Positions 16,646 through 26,187 of a stretch of 47,003 bases of DNA are shown piece after piece. The notes beneath the pieces are model-generated. The model made no database searches, had not been told where the DNA came from, and saw only the letters and a program-made list of their open reading frames with translations. The DNA is taken from contig JAVYWZ010000003.1 in the NCBI GenBank assembly GCA_038877255.1, positions 1 through 47,003 of the forward strand, given 5' to 3'. Source of the DNA: Candidatus Micrarchaeaceae archaeon. GTDB taxonomy: Archaea; Micrarchaeota; Micrarchaeia; Micrarchaeales; CABMGC01. The position numbers and the translations under genes are program-made. The first letter of the stretch is position 1, and every line of letters begins with the position of its first letter.

Positions 16646-19435
16646 TTACCGCTTTCCATACCTGCTTAAGAACATAAGATAGCGTCCAAGCACAGCACTG
16701 GGCGCAGAAGGCCTAGTGCTCTTTAATATATTCAGAATATCTTGCATTTCTATCTGCATTTCCTCTGACTTGCTTATGCTCGCTTCAAGCGCGTTCATCT
16801 TTACCTGCCTGCATATATTTGCTATATCGGCTCCAGTATAACCTTCCGTCATCGCAACAAGCTTTGAAAAATCAATGTCTCCAGCAAGAGGTGCGTTGCT
16901 TAAGTACTCTTTGAACAGCGCCGCTCGCTCGTCATTGTTTGGCGGCGGCACATAAATTAGTTTGTCAAACCTTCCAGAACGGAGCAGTGCAGGGTCTACA
17001 GAATCAGGCCGGTTCGTTGCAGCAACAACTATTATGTTTTCTCCTTCTTCTTTAAGTGCGTCAAATTCTTGGAGGAATTCCCCGACAAGTTGTGCTCCAA
17101 GTTCATTCGTTGTGTCGCGCTCAGGTATTAATGCGTCTATTTCATCAATGAATATTATTGCAGGTTCATTCTCCTTTGCCCTGTTGAACAAGCCCTTTAC
17201 CGTTGATACTGCGTTTTCGAGGCCCATCCTGCTTATGTCAGAGCCTGAAATCGAAACGAAATGAACCTCACCAAGCTCGTTTGCTATTGCCTTCATCAGC
17301 ATTGTCTTGCCCGTGCCTGGCGGCCCAAAGAGCAAGATGCCTTTTATGCCTGCTACCCCGTACTTCTTGACAAGGTCTTGGTGAAGTATTGGAACCTCAA
17401 CAGCTTCATAAAGCGCTTTCTTTGCCTCATCGAGCCCTATAACATCATCTGTCGTTACCTTTGTCTTAGACTCTTCCTGCTTTTCAGGGTGCAGTGTTCT
17501 CTCAAAGTCCATCTTGAATGCATTATACTGCTCTATTGCAGCAAGCGATGTTGACGGCTTTGTGCTCTTGAGCACTTTAAGTATGTCGTCCATGTTTATC
17601 TGCAGAACTTTTTTAAATGCTATTGCTTCTTCAGACACTTCCATCGCAACCTCGTCAGCAACGTGCTTTATGTCAGCGCCAGAAAATCTAGGAGTCATTT
17701 CAGCAAGCTTCCCGTAATCTATGTCTTTGACTATTGGCAATTTTGAAAAATAATATTTGAATATTGCTTCTCTGCCTTTCTGGTCTGGCAGCGCAAGATA
17801 AATCGCCTTATCAAACCTGCCTGGCCTTAGCAGCGCAGGATCGAGCAAATTAGGCGCATTTGTTGCACCTACTATCACTACGCCAGGCGTTTTGAGAAAG
17901 CCGTCCATTGAAGTCAGTATTGTTGTGACAATCTCTTTTTCAGGCTCTGATATGTCGCCGCTTCTGTTTCTGGCTACAGAGTCTATCTCGTCAATAAAAA
18001 CAACAGCAGGCGCATGTTTCTTTGCAACTTCGAATATCTTATTAAGTGCATCGCCGCTTTCGCCAGGGTATGCTGTTATTAGCGATGATGCAGTTACATA
18101 ATAAAAGCCTGCCCTTATCTCATTAGCAAGCGCACGCATGATCAGCGTTTTGCCCGTGCCTGGCGGCCCAAAGAGCAAGATGCCTTTTGCAGGCTGTACG
18201 CCGTAAGCACCAGCTATCTCCCTGTGCTCTATAGGCGCTATTACTGCCTCATAAAGCTCTTTTTTGACATTGTCGTAATTTGCTACGTCGTTAAAAGTTT
18301 CGGTTGGTGTTACGAGGTTTTCTCCAGAACCAAATTTGCCGAAAAGATCTTGCTTCATTACATTGAGCGCCAGCACGACTTCAATGTTCTGAGATTCAAG
18401 TATGAAAAGAAGCACAGGCGACACTGCAAAGCTCGCCAGTGCAAGCGGTATATCTGGCGAAATTCCTGATGCATAAGCCGTGAAGATATAGACGATAGGC
18501 ACCACTATGCTGAACAAGCTCGCTTCTGCGCCCTTAAATGAAGACCTGCTTTTTACTGCATAATCGGTCATTGCAAATATGAGTATTAGCCATACCAGGA
18601 GCTGCACTAATGTAGTTGAGAATGAATATGCAAGTGCGTGCCCTGCAAGCACGTAACCGCTGAAAATATTTGAAGCAATGTTTAGGCTGAAGAAGCCAGC
18701 AACGCTTTTGCTTAATGCGGTGCCAAATTGTCCAAGGTTCGGTGCGCTTTTTGAAGGCACTAGGTATTGCGATATAGAGCTTTCAAGAACCAACTTGTTG
18801 GCAGCTGTTGAGTTGTATGCTATAGGAGCTGAAACCGGCAATCCCGTAAGCCCGGCAAATGCTACTATAAACAAGAATGCAAATATAGTTGCGATCGAGG
18901 CGCGCTTGAAGCCCAATACAAGCACAGCAACAATGAATACAGGCAACTCGAGCAGAGAACCAATTGGTGACAATGGTAGCATTATCAGGCTAAAAAGAAA
19001 TGAGACTGTACGGTAATGTACTACGCCTGCGAACAGCGCGGCAGCTACAAAAATACCGAAAGTCCAGCCAAGGAGCGGTGCCTGATACATAAGTGGCGGG
19101 TAGGAAAAGAACAGCAGAGCCATGAGCCCTATTACAGGATGTATCATCGTAAGTACAAACACCAGCACGACAAGAGGAACAATAGCTAGGAGCGGATAAA
19201 ATCTGAACGCTATTACCATGCTTATGAATGCAAATGTTATTGCAAGCGCATCTGGGAAATGTTTATACGCTACGAGCTCTTTTACAAGGTCCTTGAACCA
19301 GAAATATGAAAGTGGCAGTACCAATGTCTTTGGCTTTTGCTTGCTCGTTGCGCTCGGCGGTGCCTGCTGCACAATATTTTTAGCAGCACCCTTTTGCCTT
19401 GCGTACTTTATTTTTTTAAGCTTTTCGTAAGCCAT
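16646..19435 (-). CDS. Tandem AAA+ ATPase with a large N-terminal polytopic membrane domain
   Basis: About 300 aa hydrophobic N-terminal region, then two AAA modules, each with GILLFGPPGTGKT, FIDEID and ATN..D.ALLR.GRFD. ATG at 19435 (the track starts at 19465). Confidence 0.9.
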   Translation of the reverse strand: MAYEKLKKIKYARQKGAAKNIVQQAPPSATSKQKPKTLVLPLSYFWFKDLVKELVAYKHFPDALAITFAFISMVIAFRFYPLLAIVPLVVLVFVLTMIHPVIGLMALLFFSYPPLMYQAPLLGWTFGIFVAAALFAGVVHYRTVSFLFSLIMLPLSPIGSLLELPVFIVAVLVLGFKRASIATIFAFLFIVAFAGLTGLPVSAPIAYNSTAANKLVLESSISQYLVPSKSAPNLGQFGTALSKSVAGFFSLNIASNIFSGYVLAGHALAYSFSTTLVQLLVWLILIFAMTDYAVKSRSSFKGAEASLFSIVVPIVYIFTAYASGISPDIPLALASFAVSPVLLFILESQNIEVVLALNVMKQDLFGKFGSGENLVTPTETFNDVANYDNVKKELYEAVIAPIEHREIAGAYGVQPAKGILLFGPPGTGKTLIMRALANEIRAGFYYVTASSLITAYPGESGDALNKIFEVAKKHAPAVVFIDEIDSVARNRSGDISEPEKEIVTTILTSMDGFLKTPGVVIVGATNAPNLLDPALLRPGRFDKAIYLALPDQKGREAIFKYYFSKLPIVKDIDYGKLAEMTPRFSGADIKHVADEVAMEVSEEAIAFKKVLQINMDDILKVLKSTKPSTSLAAIEQYNAFKMDFERTLHPEKQEESKTKVTTDDVIGLDEAKKALYEAVEVPILHQDLVKKYGVAGIKGILLFGPPGTGKTMLMKAIANELGEVHFVSISGSDISRMGLENAVSTVKGLFNRAKENEPAIIFIDEIDALIPERDTTNELGAQLVGEFLQEFDALKEEGENIIVVAATNRPDSVDPALLRSGRFDKLIYVPPPNNDERAALFKEYLSNAPLAGDIDFSKLVAMTEGYTGADIANICRQVKMNALEASISKSEEMQIEMQDILNILKSTRPSAPSAVLGRYLMFLSRYGKR

Positions 19436-19507
19436 AAGCACACTGGTCGACAAAGAGATACTCAAATTATATTAATAAATATGCACTGACAAGTATTTCT
19501 GCAGCTA

Positions 19508-19606
19508 CCCGCAGTAGCTCAATGGCTAGAGCGACCGGCTGTAGCGTGGGCTCGCAAGAGCCGCATTGATACCGGTAGGTTGGGTGTTCAATTCACCCCT
19601 GCGGGA
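19508..19606 (+). tRNA. tRNA-Tyr(GTA) with a 26-nt intron at canonical 37/38
   Basis: Acceptor CCCGCAG/CTGCGGG, anticodon stem ACCGG/CCGGT, GTA at 19541-19543, intron 19545-19570 with a GCTC-GCAA-GAGC hairpin, T-loop TTCAATT. Confidence 0.93.
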
Positions 19607-19622
19607 ACTATGTGTTGATTCT

Positions 19623-19877
19623 TTGTTTTCCTACGCTTTGCTCGGCTATATAGGAGGCGCACTAACGGCAGTAGCATTAATACCCGAAATCGTGAAAATA
19701 ATAGAAGTCAAAAGGGCGGATCAGCTTTCATATGTCTGGCTTTCTGTGTTGTTGTCGGGTCTTGTGCTTTGGGCAATTTATGGCATAGCAATAAAAAATG
19801 CGCCTCTGATAATAATGAACATAATAGAGTGCGTGCTTTACATTTTCCTTATAGGCCTAAAAATGCGTTATAAATAA
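19623..19877 (+). CDS. SemiSWEET/PQ-loop family transporter
   Basis: LGYIGGALTAVALIPEIVK...LS...LVLWAIYGIAIKNAPLIIMN, three TM segments. The track start overlaps the tRNA, so TTG at 19623 was chosen. Confidence 0.85.
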   Translation: MFSYALLGYIGGALTAVALIPEIVKIIEVKRADQLSYVWLSVLLSGLVLWAIYGIAIKNAPLIIMNIIECVLYIFLIGLKMRYK

Positions 19878-19904
19878 AAAGAGGAGGTGAGCAATTTATT
19901 GTGT

Positions 19905-19977
19905 GCCTTGGTGGTGTAGTGGTCCAGCATGCGAGCCTGTCACGCTTGCGACTCGGGTTCGAATCCCGACCAAGGCG
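19905..19977 (+). tRNA. tRNA-Asp(GTC)
   Basis: GCCTTGG/CCAAGGC acceptor, CGAGC-CTGTCAC-GCTTG anticodon arm, GGTTCGAATCC T-arm. Confidence 0.95.
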
Positions 19978-20043
19978 CTGGAAATCTACAACAGTAAAGA
20001 CGGGTCTGAAAGAGGCTTACGCAAGCTGCAAAAAGCGGATAAG

Positions 20044-22746
20044 TCAACGTTTGAGTTCTTTTAACGTGCTGTCTATATTATTTCCAAGCAGTTGAACGAC
20101 AGTATCTGGATTTTTATGAAGCTCGTAAATTCGTAAGAAATGTTTCTTAAGCTTATTTTCGGCATTTTTCAATTCATCTGGGCTTATCATATTTAGCGCA
20201 TACCCTGCACTTGCAATGCCTTCAAACGGGCCTCTTAATCCTATGTGAGCAACTGCAACTTTTATTTTTTCTAATGGCACAGCATGTGTTTTCGCATATA
20301 GCAACCGATATAGCGCTAATTGTTCGTCGTAGTTATACCTTGTATCATTGTTGCTTTCCCCTGTTTTGAAGTCTACAATCAATATCGCGCCGTCTTTTCC
20401 TTTAAATACTGCATCGATGTCGCCGACAACCAAAGGATTCCAGTCTTTTATTTCAGTATTGAGCTGCTCATCAATTTCAATAAAAGGCGTCTTAACGTGC
20501 TCTTCCGCGGATGTCTGCTCATATCCTTCTTGTTTCAATTCGCTTATTATCTGCTTTGCATTTTCTATTGGCTTATAATACTTGTCTATTAGTTCGTCTA
20601 TTTTAGGATTACGACCCTTTTCCAAATCTCCGTTGAACATCCGTTCGAGTAGCATGTGAACATCAGTACCTATATCTATAAGCTCATCAGTTATTCTGTA
20701 GCCTAAAACATAATTTTTTATGAACGAATTCAGATTATCTAGCGCATTGAGCAAAGAAAAAGACACTGAATCAATCTGTTTTAAGTACTCTATTGCCGCT
20801 TCGGCTACTTCAAGGCGAAGCTGCGGCAATTCGATAGGCCATTCGTGTTCTGGCTCTCTCACTGTTGTTACAACTGTGCCCGCTACTCTTCTGGCGTTTC
20901 CCACAAAGACAAATTTTTCTCCTGCGTTTGATAGCACGGTTCTGATTTTGTTTTCAAGCTCCTCAGTCTCGTCTACTGACCTTTGTTTGTCGTGTAAAGA
21001 TGCGATGGCTTCCGTAATGACATCAACAGCATTTTTTAATCCTTTATGACTTTTTGTTCCTACATATATAACGGTGTCAAAATTTTCTTTTGCAGTTGAA
21101 ACAAATTCAGAAAATGGCGTCGAAACGAATATTTTAGTTCTTTCAGTTCCGGGTTTTTTATACGAATTATAGGTAGTAGTCAGCAAGATCAATGCGCCTA
21201 ATTCTTCGTAATTTATGTTTTTTACATTGCGCTCATATGCTCTTAAAGAGTTGACAACGGCGTATACTGTGCTGCTATCTTTAAGATTTCTAAATGTCTC
21301 TATGTGCCTCTCTAATGTCTCTATGTGCCTCTCTAATATTTTAATTATATCATCAAGCGTATGTACTTCCTTTTGCAAGTCAAGAAACGGCTTAAACGGC
21401 TCAAATTCTACATTATTGCCTTTTATGAATGCTTCCTTGTTGCTCAGCACGACATTAAGCGGAACTGGAGAAAAGTGTGTCTCCATCGCATTGATAATCT
21501 TGCCTTTGTCAGTGGAAAGCAGGCCAAGCACAAAGTCTCTTGCTTCTTGCAGTATCTGTTCATCGGCAGAGTATTTTATGATGGCCGTGTAATCTGCCTT
21601 TGCGTATTCAAGAAGTGCCGCAATTTGCTCTATGGCAGAATTAGATTCTACCATTATGGAGACTCTTTTGCCTTTCTGGGCTTCTTGCAATGCATATTCC
21701 ACTGCTACCTTGTTAAAATCCTGTTTGTCGGTAACTACGACCTCTTCTACGTTTCCATTATCAAAGCGAATGCGTTCTTCACCATTCGCTACTATTTCAT
21801 ACTCGCGTCTTTGTCCAGTTCCGCTTGTAACGCCAAGCATTGCGTTTTTGACATAGTATGATATTTTGTCACTGCCTTTTACAAGCGGTCCCGTTTTAGC
21901 ATCGGCTCCTCTGAACGCCATAAGTGTATTTTCAGAAGCGGTTATCAAGCACCTTGCATTAGGCTCTATCTTCGCTATAATCTCCTGCTGCAAAGGAGTC
22001 ATGTCACTTACATTCAGCGCAAATACATATTTCTCTTTTATTTTGCCATCAAACCTTTTTACAAGATCGAAAAAGTCAAAATAATGATTGCTTTTTTTGT
22101 ATTCGCTGTATTGTCTTGCAAAGCTTACAAAAATCTTTGCCAATTCATATACGTCTTTTAGTTCAAGCTTCTTTGAATAAGAGTTGATCAAATAGGTATT
22201 TTGTATTATGTTGCCTATCTCCTTTAGCAGTGGCTCTTCGTCTCTTGAAATTTCTTCAGGCGCTATGCCTAAATCTATCAGTTTGTTGAGAGCGTTTGTC
22301 ATGTCTTGAGCAAGCTTAATTTTTGTTTCGGCACTCATTTCTGGGAGAAGATTGTATGCGATCAGGGCTTCTTGCTGTTCATTAACAGAGTTTTCATATC
22401 CGGCATTAAGCCTTTCATACAGGAAGTTGTTAATAGTTTCTACTTCAACAGAACCTTTAAGCACGGTTCTTACCCATTGCTTCGTATCGTAGGTCGGTAC
22501 AATTACCACGCAGTCTTCGGCTTTGTGATGTTCCAAAAATGCATGTAGCGTTTCGAGCGCCTTTTCATTTCCTAAGCGTTTTTCATATATTGTGGATTTA
22601 AGAATAACATTGCAGTCATTTAAAGTATTTAAAATTTCTTTTATAGTGGGTATGCTCTTGTCAAAATAGACATCTAAACTTGTTGTTTTTGCTGCTGTTT
22701 CTGCTGCTGTTTTCGTTGTTTTTTGTTCGGCATATGTCGGTACCAT
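20044..22746 (-). CDS. Degenerate (ATPase-dead) UvrD/AddAB-like helicase scaffold with a C-terminal RecB-type PD-(D/E)XK nuclease
   Basis: C-terminal GDIDAVF..ILIVDFKTG..QLALY is intact. UvrD remnants DFFDLV, YVFALNVSDMTPLQ (for DEfQD), LMAFRGAD and FDTVIYV are present. No Walker A recognised. Confidence 0.75.
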   Translation of the reverse strand: MVPTYAEQKTTKTAAETAAKTTSLDVYFDKSIPTIKEILNTLNDCNVILKSTIYEKRLGNEKALETLHAFLEHHKAEDCVVIVPTYDTKQWVRTVLKGSVEVETINNFLYERLNAGYENSVNEQQEALIAYNLLPEMSAETKIKLAQDMTNALNKLIDLGIAPEEISRDEEPLLKEIGNIIQNTYLINSYSKKLELKDVYELAKIFVSFARQYSEYKKSNHYFDFFDLVKRFDGKIKEKYVFALNVSDMTPLQQEIIAKIEPNARCLITASENTLMAFRGADAKTGPLVKGSDKISYYVKNAMLGVTSGTGQRREYEIVANGEERIRFDNGNVEEVVVTDKQDFNKVAVEYALQEAQKGKRVSIMVESNSAIEQIAALLEYAKADYTAIIKYSADEQILQEARDFVLGLLSTDKGKIINAMETHFSPVPLNVVLSNKEAFIKGNNVEFEPFKPFLDLQKEVHTLDDIIKILERHIETLERHIETFRNLKDSSTVYAVVNSLRAYERNVKNINYEELGALILLTTTYNSYKKPGTERTKIFVSTPFSEFVSTAKENFDTVIYVGTKSHKGLKNAVDVITEAIASLHDKQRSVDETEELENKIRTVLSNAGEKFVFVGNARRVAGTVVTTVREPEHEWPIELPQLRLEVAEAAIEYLKQIDSVSFSLLNALDNLNSFIKNYVLGYRITDELIDIGTDVHMLLERMFNGDLEKGRNPKIDELIDKYYKPIENAKQIISELKQEGYEQTSAEEHVKTPFIEIDEQLNTEIKDWNPLVVGDIDAVFKGKDGAILIVDFKTGESNNDTRYNYDEQLALYRLLYAKTHAVPLEKIKVAVAHIGLRGPFEGIASAGYALNMISPDELKNAENKLKKHFLRIYELHKNPDTVVQLLGNNIDSTLKELKR

Positions 22747-22905
22747 GATTCACTAATTCTTTTCATGTTTAAATACATTTCCTTAACCGGCGAACGTGAG
22801 CCTGACTTGGCAAGCGCAAGAAGCGAGCAAAAGCTCATAGTAGACGAATTTGCATCGCCGTTGTCGAAGACGCACCCTCATGTGTTTGAATCGCTATGTG
22901 TTTGT

Positions 22906-23835
22906 TCATGCATATGGTCTGGCATATTGCATGCTCTTATCATATCGTATGCTATCCTTAAACGGCTGCGCTCTTATAAGCTCTTCTATTTGAAGAATTT
23001 CTGCCTCATAAATTCTATTTTTAAACGGACTATTTCTCTGATTTTCTATTGGTATGACTAACAGTGAATTAGGCATTGTTATGTCATCCTTTGTTTTTAA
23101 ATAAACAACATCTGGAACTGGTAATCTTCGTATGATTTTTTCATTTTTTGTGTGTTCATTCTTTATCACGTATTCTAACGTGTACTTATTATCGAGACTA
23201 ACGAAAACAAGCCTGCTCTTCGGGTTCTTTTTAAATAAGTCTAAAGTCTTTGTTTCAATGCCAGAAATGTTCTCATAATCCATTTCAACGAAAGACTTTA
23301 GCGTAATCCCTATAAGCTGCCTGAGCATCTTCTTTCCTATACGCTTGGATCGCCCTAATTCTGCATACATTAACACTGTTTTTTCAGTCTGCTCATCCTC
23401 ATAGTCGTCTGTATCTGGCAGTTGCAGCATAAAGTATGAGTATAGAAAAGTAGTTTTGTTGTAGTTAAATATTGTAAAAAAAGTATTCTGATTTTCTGAT
23501 ATATCAAGAAAGAAATCTCGCTTTCCTATCTCTTTGATCTGATTTCCATCTAATACGTGCAGTTCATAAGACCCGTTGCTATACGCCACATGAATCGCGT
23601 TCACTTTGCCTTTCTTGTTAGCAAGTGCGATATCCTCTATCCTATTACTATTTTTTCTTACTACTCCTTCGATGGTTTTGGACTCGATTACAATCAGGTC
23701 TGGTTTGTTTGCTTCTTTTATGCCAAAAAGTTCAGCTAAGGCTTTCGGTTGCCCACTATCATAATCTTTTCTTAATACATAAGTAAGAGCCCTTATTTTG
23801 TCACTGTTTATTATTTTTTCTCCCATGTTCCCCAA
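22906..23835 (-). CDS. Hypothetical protein (309 aa, AT-rich)
   Basis: Long ORF co-oriented upstream of the nuclease gene. No motif recognised. Confidence 0.65.
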   Translation of the reverse strand: MGNMGEKIINSDKIRALTYVLRKDYDSGQPKALAELFGIKEANKPDLIVIESKTIEGVVRKNSNRIEDIALANKKGKVNAIHVAYSNGSYELHVLDGNQIKEIGKRDFFLDISENQNTFFTIFNYNKTTFLYSYFMLQLPDTDDYEDEQTEKTVLMYAELGRSKRIGKKMLRQLIGITLKSFVEMDYENISGIETKTLDLFKKNPKSRLVFVSLDNKYTLEYVIKNEHTKNEKIIRRLPVPDVVYLKTKDDITMPNSLLVIPIENQRNSPFKNRIYEAEILQIEELIRAQPFKDSIRYDKSMQYARPYA

Positions 23836-23999
23836 AATTATATTGCTTTTAAGATTAAAAGCCTTTTCTACAAAAGCCTTGCTTAAATATGTTATTTTCT
23901 GTTCTTTTACATTACGAACAGCGCCATTACGTAAGATAAAAGGAATAGAGAGTGTTGTTTAAAAACTTAACATACAAAATACGATTGTGGGTGGCGTCT

Positions 24000-24500
24000 A
24001 TGGTAGGCGAATCTAGTACAGTAATATCGGACAATGATTCTCAGGTACTTGTTCGAGATGTAATGACTACTCAAGTAGTTACTGCACTAGAAAGTGACAG
24101 CATTAAAACCATAGCAAAGAAAATGAAGGCGCAAGATGTCGATACTGTTGTAATAGTAAATAAAGTAAATGAACCTGTAGGGCTTGTTACCGAGGGCGAC
24201 ATAGTGCGCAGGCTCCTGTACAGGAAGAGAAATCTATGGTTTACAAAGGCAAAACACATAATGAGCAAGCCCGTGCTTACTTCAAACAGCGAAGCAACTA
24301 TAGAAGAAATAGCGAAGCTCATGTCGGAAAAAAAGATAAAGAGAGTCTGCATTGTTGACGATAGCAAAAAACTCATAGGCATTGTAACCCAGACAGACAT
24401 ACTTGAGAATACAAACTACCTGATAGGCTTGCTGAAAGAGATGCTTGAAGCAGGCTATGGCAGTCAAATAGTGGGTGGCGAAACCCTAGAGAAGATATAG
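24000..24500 (+). CDS. CBS-pair domain protein
   Basis: VRDVMTTQVV..PVGLVTEGDIV and IMSKPV..LIGIVTQTDIL. ATG at 24000 after GGGTGG. Confidence 0.92.
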   Translation: MVGESSTVISDNDSQVLVRDVMTTQVVTALESDSIKTIAKKMKAQDVDTVVIVNKVNEPVGLVTEGDIVRRLLYRKRNLWFTKAKHIMSKPVLTSNSEATIEEIAKLMSEKKIKRVCIVDDSKKLIGIVTQTDILENTNYLIGLLKEMLEAGYGSQIVGGETLEKI

Positions 24501-24527
24501 CAATAGCCGATTCCTGCATGCGCATTC

Positions 24528-24721
24528 TGTAATTATGTGCACACTTTGACCATGCCGATGTAAATGCATCGTTCAATATAGCGAAGCGTAATGGCACTGG
24601 TCAATTCAGCGTAAACAAGAGTGCTGAAGGGCAGCACTGATAAGCCCAGAGGTGCAACTTTATGAACGAAAGAGACACCGAACCAAGAGAAACCGTATCC
24701 TTTATATTGGAGTGGCTGTTA
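24528..24721 (+). mobile_element. Right-end relic of the same IS200/IS605 tnpB element (TnpB C-terminus plus omegaRNA-like scaffold)
   Basis: Encodes CAHFDHADVNASFNIAKR and is highly similar to the reverse complement of about 5930-6123. Ends GAAACCGTATCCTTTATATTGGAGTGGCTGTTA. No left end seen. Confidence 0.8.
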
Positions 24722-26140
24722 GACAATCGCAGTGCCAATTGTTGAAAGAAGCAGTGAAGGTAGAACTCCGAAGAATATTGTGGCTGCGATGAGTAGCGCG
24801 CTTGCATATGCGAAGCTTCTCGGTGAAGGCGCATACTGCTCTATTGCTTTTGATGTATTGAAAAAGACCCGCTCAGCGAGCCAGAAGAAATAAATTCCAA
24901 TTAGCAAAATTCCGAGCAGTGGTATTAGAAAAACAGGTCCTACGCTCTTCGCCAAGCCTGAGAATATGAGTATGTCGCCTATGAAGCCGCTAGTCAGCGG
25001 CAGGCCTATTATTGCGAAAGTGCCGAACATAAACGCATATGCGACGCTTTCCATGCTCTTCGCAATGCCTTTAAGCTTCGTTATTAACAATGTCCCAAAG
25101 GATTCGTCAACAACACCTGCAACAAGAAACATGAGCGCTATTACTAATCCATGGCTGAGCATGGCATAAAGCGCACCGGCATAACCTAGTTGGCTTGCAG
25201 TTGAAATGCCAAGCGCGACTATGCCCATGTCAACTATGCTGCTATACGCTATTGCTTTTTTGAGATTGACCTGCCTTATTGCCACAAAGCCCGCGTAAAC
25301 TGCGGAGAATGCAAACAGTACTGCAAGGTAAAACGAGTAATGTGCAGCAACTGGCAGCATCAGGAAAGCGAGAAGCATGCCATAGCCGCCGAACTTTGAG
25401 AGCACACCAGCAATCACCATGCTGCCTGTCGCAGGAGCCTCGGCATATGCGTCAGGAAGCCACGTATGCAATGGGAATATGGGCATTTTTATCATAAACG
25501 AGAGCAGTAAAAGCACAAATATTGCAATCTGCACGCTAGCTTTTATGCTTGAAGCAGAGCTTAGGGCATAGCTTATGCTAAAAGTCTGCGTTGGCAGATT
25601 GGCGTAAAGAAGCATTATTCCTATGAGAAGCAGCATGCTCGATGCCAATGAAAATATCAAAAATTTGATTGCAGCATAGCGCCTGTTGTACCCGCCAAAA
25701 ACGTAAATGACGAAAAACGCAGCGACTTCGCCGATCTCCCAGAATACATAAAGTAGGAAGAAATTGCCGGATAAGAATACACCAAGGGCTGAAGATAAAA
25801 TAATAAGAAATAGAGCGCTGTATAGCTTCTGCGATTCTTTTATGAAACTTCTTCCCGTGATCGCAGCGGCAAGGAACACAATGCCTGTCATTATCGCGAG
25901 CACCTGCGTAAACGCTGTAATTCCGAAGGAAAAGCCTACGCCAATGCTCTGCAGATATGCAAAACTTGTGTACAGATAATTGAAGCTACTCGCATGCGCT
26001 ATAAGCATTGCTGCAGAGACCAATACAAGCGTCAACGCTGCTGCAATTATTGTTATCTTGAACGCATGCCTGTAACTCAGCAACGCGAGAGGTATTATAA
26101 ATGCTAACGGAAGGAACACAATTATGGGTATTAGCAGCAC
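24719..26140 (-). CDS. nuoM: Complex I-like antiporter subunit M (separated from the nuo operon)
   Basis: LLYVFWEI, RRYAAIKFLIF, IKMPIFPLHTWLPDAYAEAPATGSMVIAGVLSKFGGYG, SHGL and GLPLTSGFIGD motifs. Confidence 0.94.
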   Translation of the reverse strand: MLLIPIIVFLPLAFIIPLALLSYRHAFKITIIAAALTLVLVSAAMLIAHASSFNYLYTSFAYLQSIGVGFSFGITAFTQVLAIMTGIVFLAAAITGRSFIKESQKLYSALFLIILSSALGVFLSGNFFLLYVFWEIGEVAAFFVIYVFGGYNRRYAAIKFLIFSLASSMLLLIGIMLLYANLPTQTFSISYALSSASSIKASVQIAIFVLLLLSFMIKMPIFPLHTWLPDAYAEAPATGSMVIAGVLSKFGGYGMLLAFLMLPVAAHYSFYLAVLFAFSAVYAGFVAIRQVNLKKAIAYSSIVDMGIVALGISTASQLGYAGALYAMLSHGLVIALMFLVAGVVDESFGTLLITKLKGIAKSMESVAYAFMFGTFAIIGLPLTSGFIGDILIFSGLAKSVGPVFLIPLLGILLIGIYFFWLAERVFFNTSKAIEQYAPSPRSFAYASALLIAATIFFGVLPSLLLSTIGTAIV

Positions 26141-26187
26141 AGAATCAGAAATATTGCTCGCTCAGTTATTAAAAAGCATACGCCTTG

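Noticed and set aside
19905-23950. Integrated provirus or plasmid at tRNA-Asp
   Set aside because: No integrase and no duplicate of the tRNA 3' end were found in the window.
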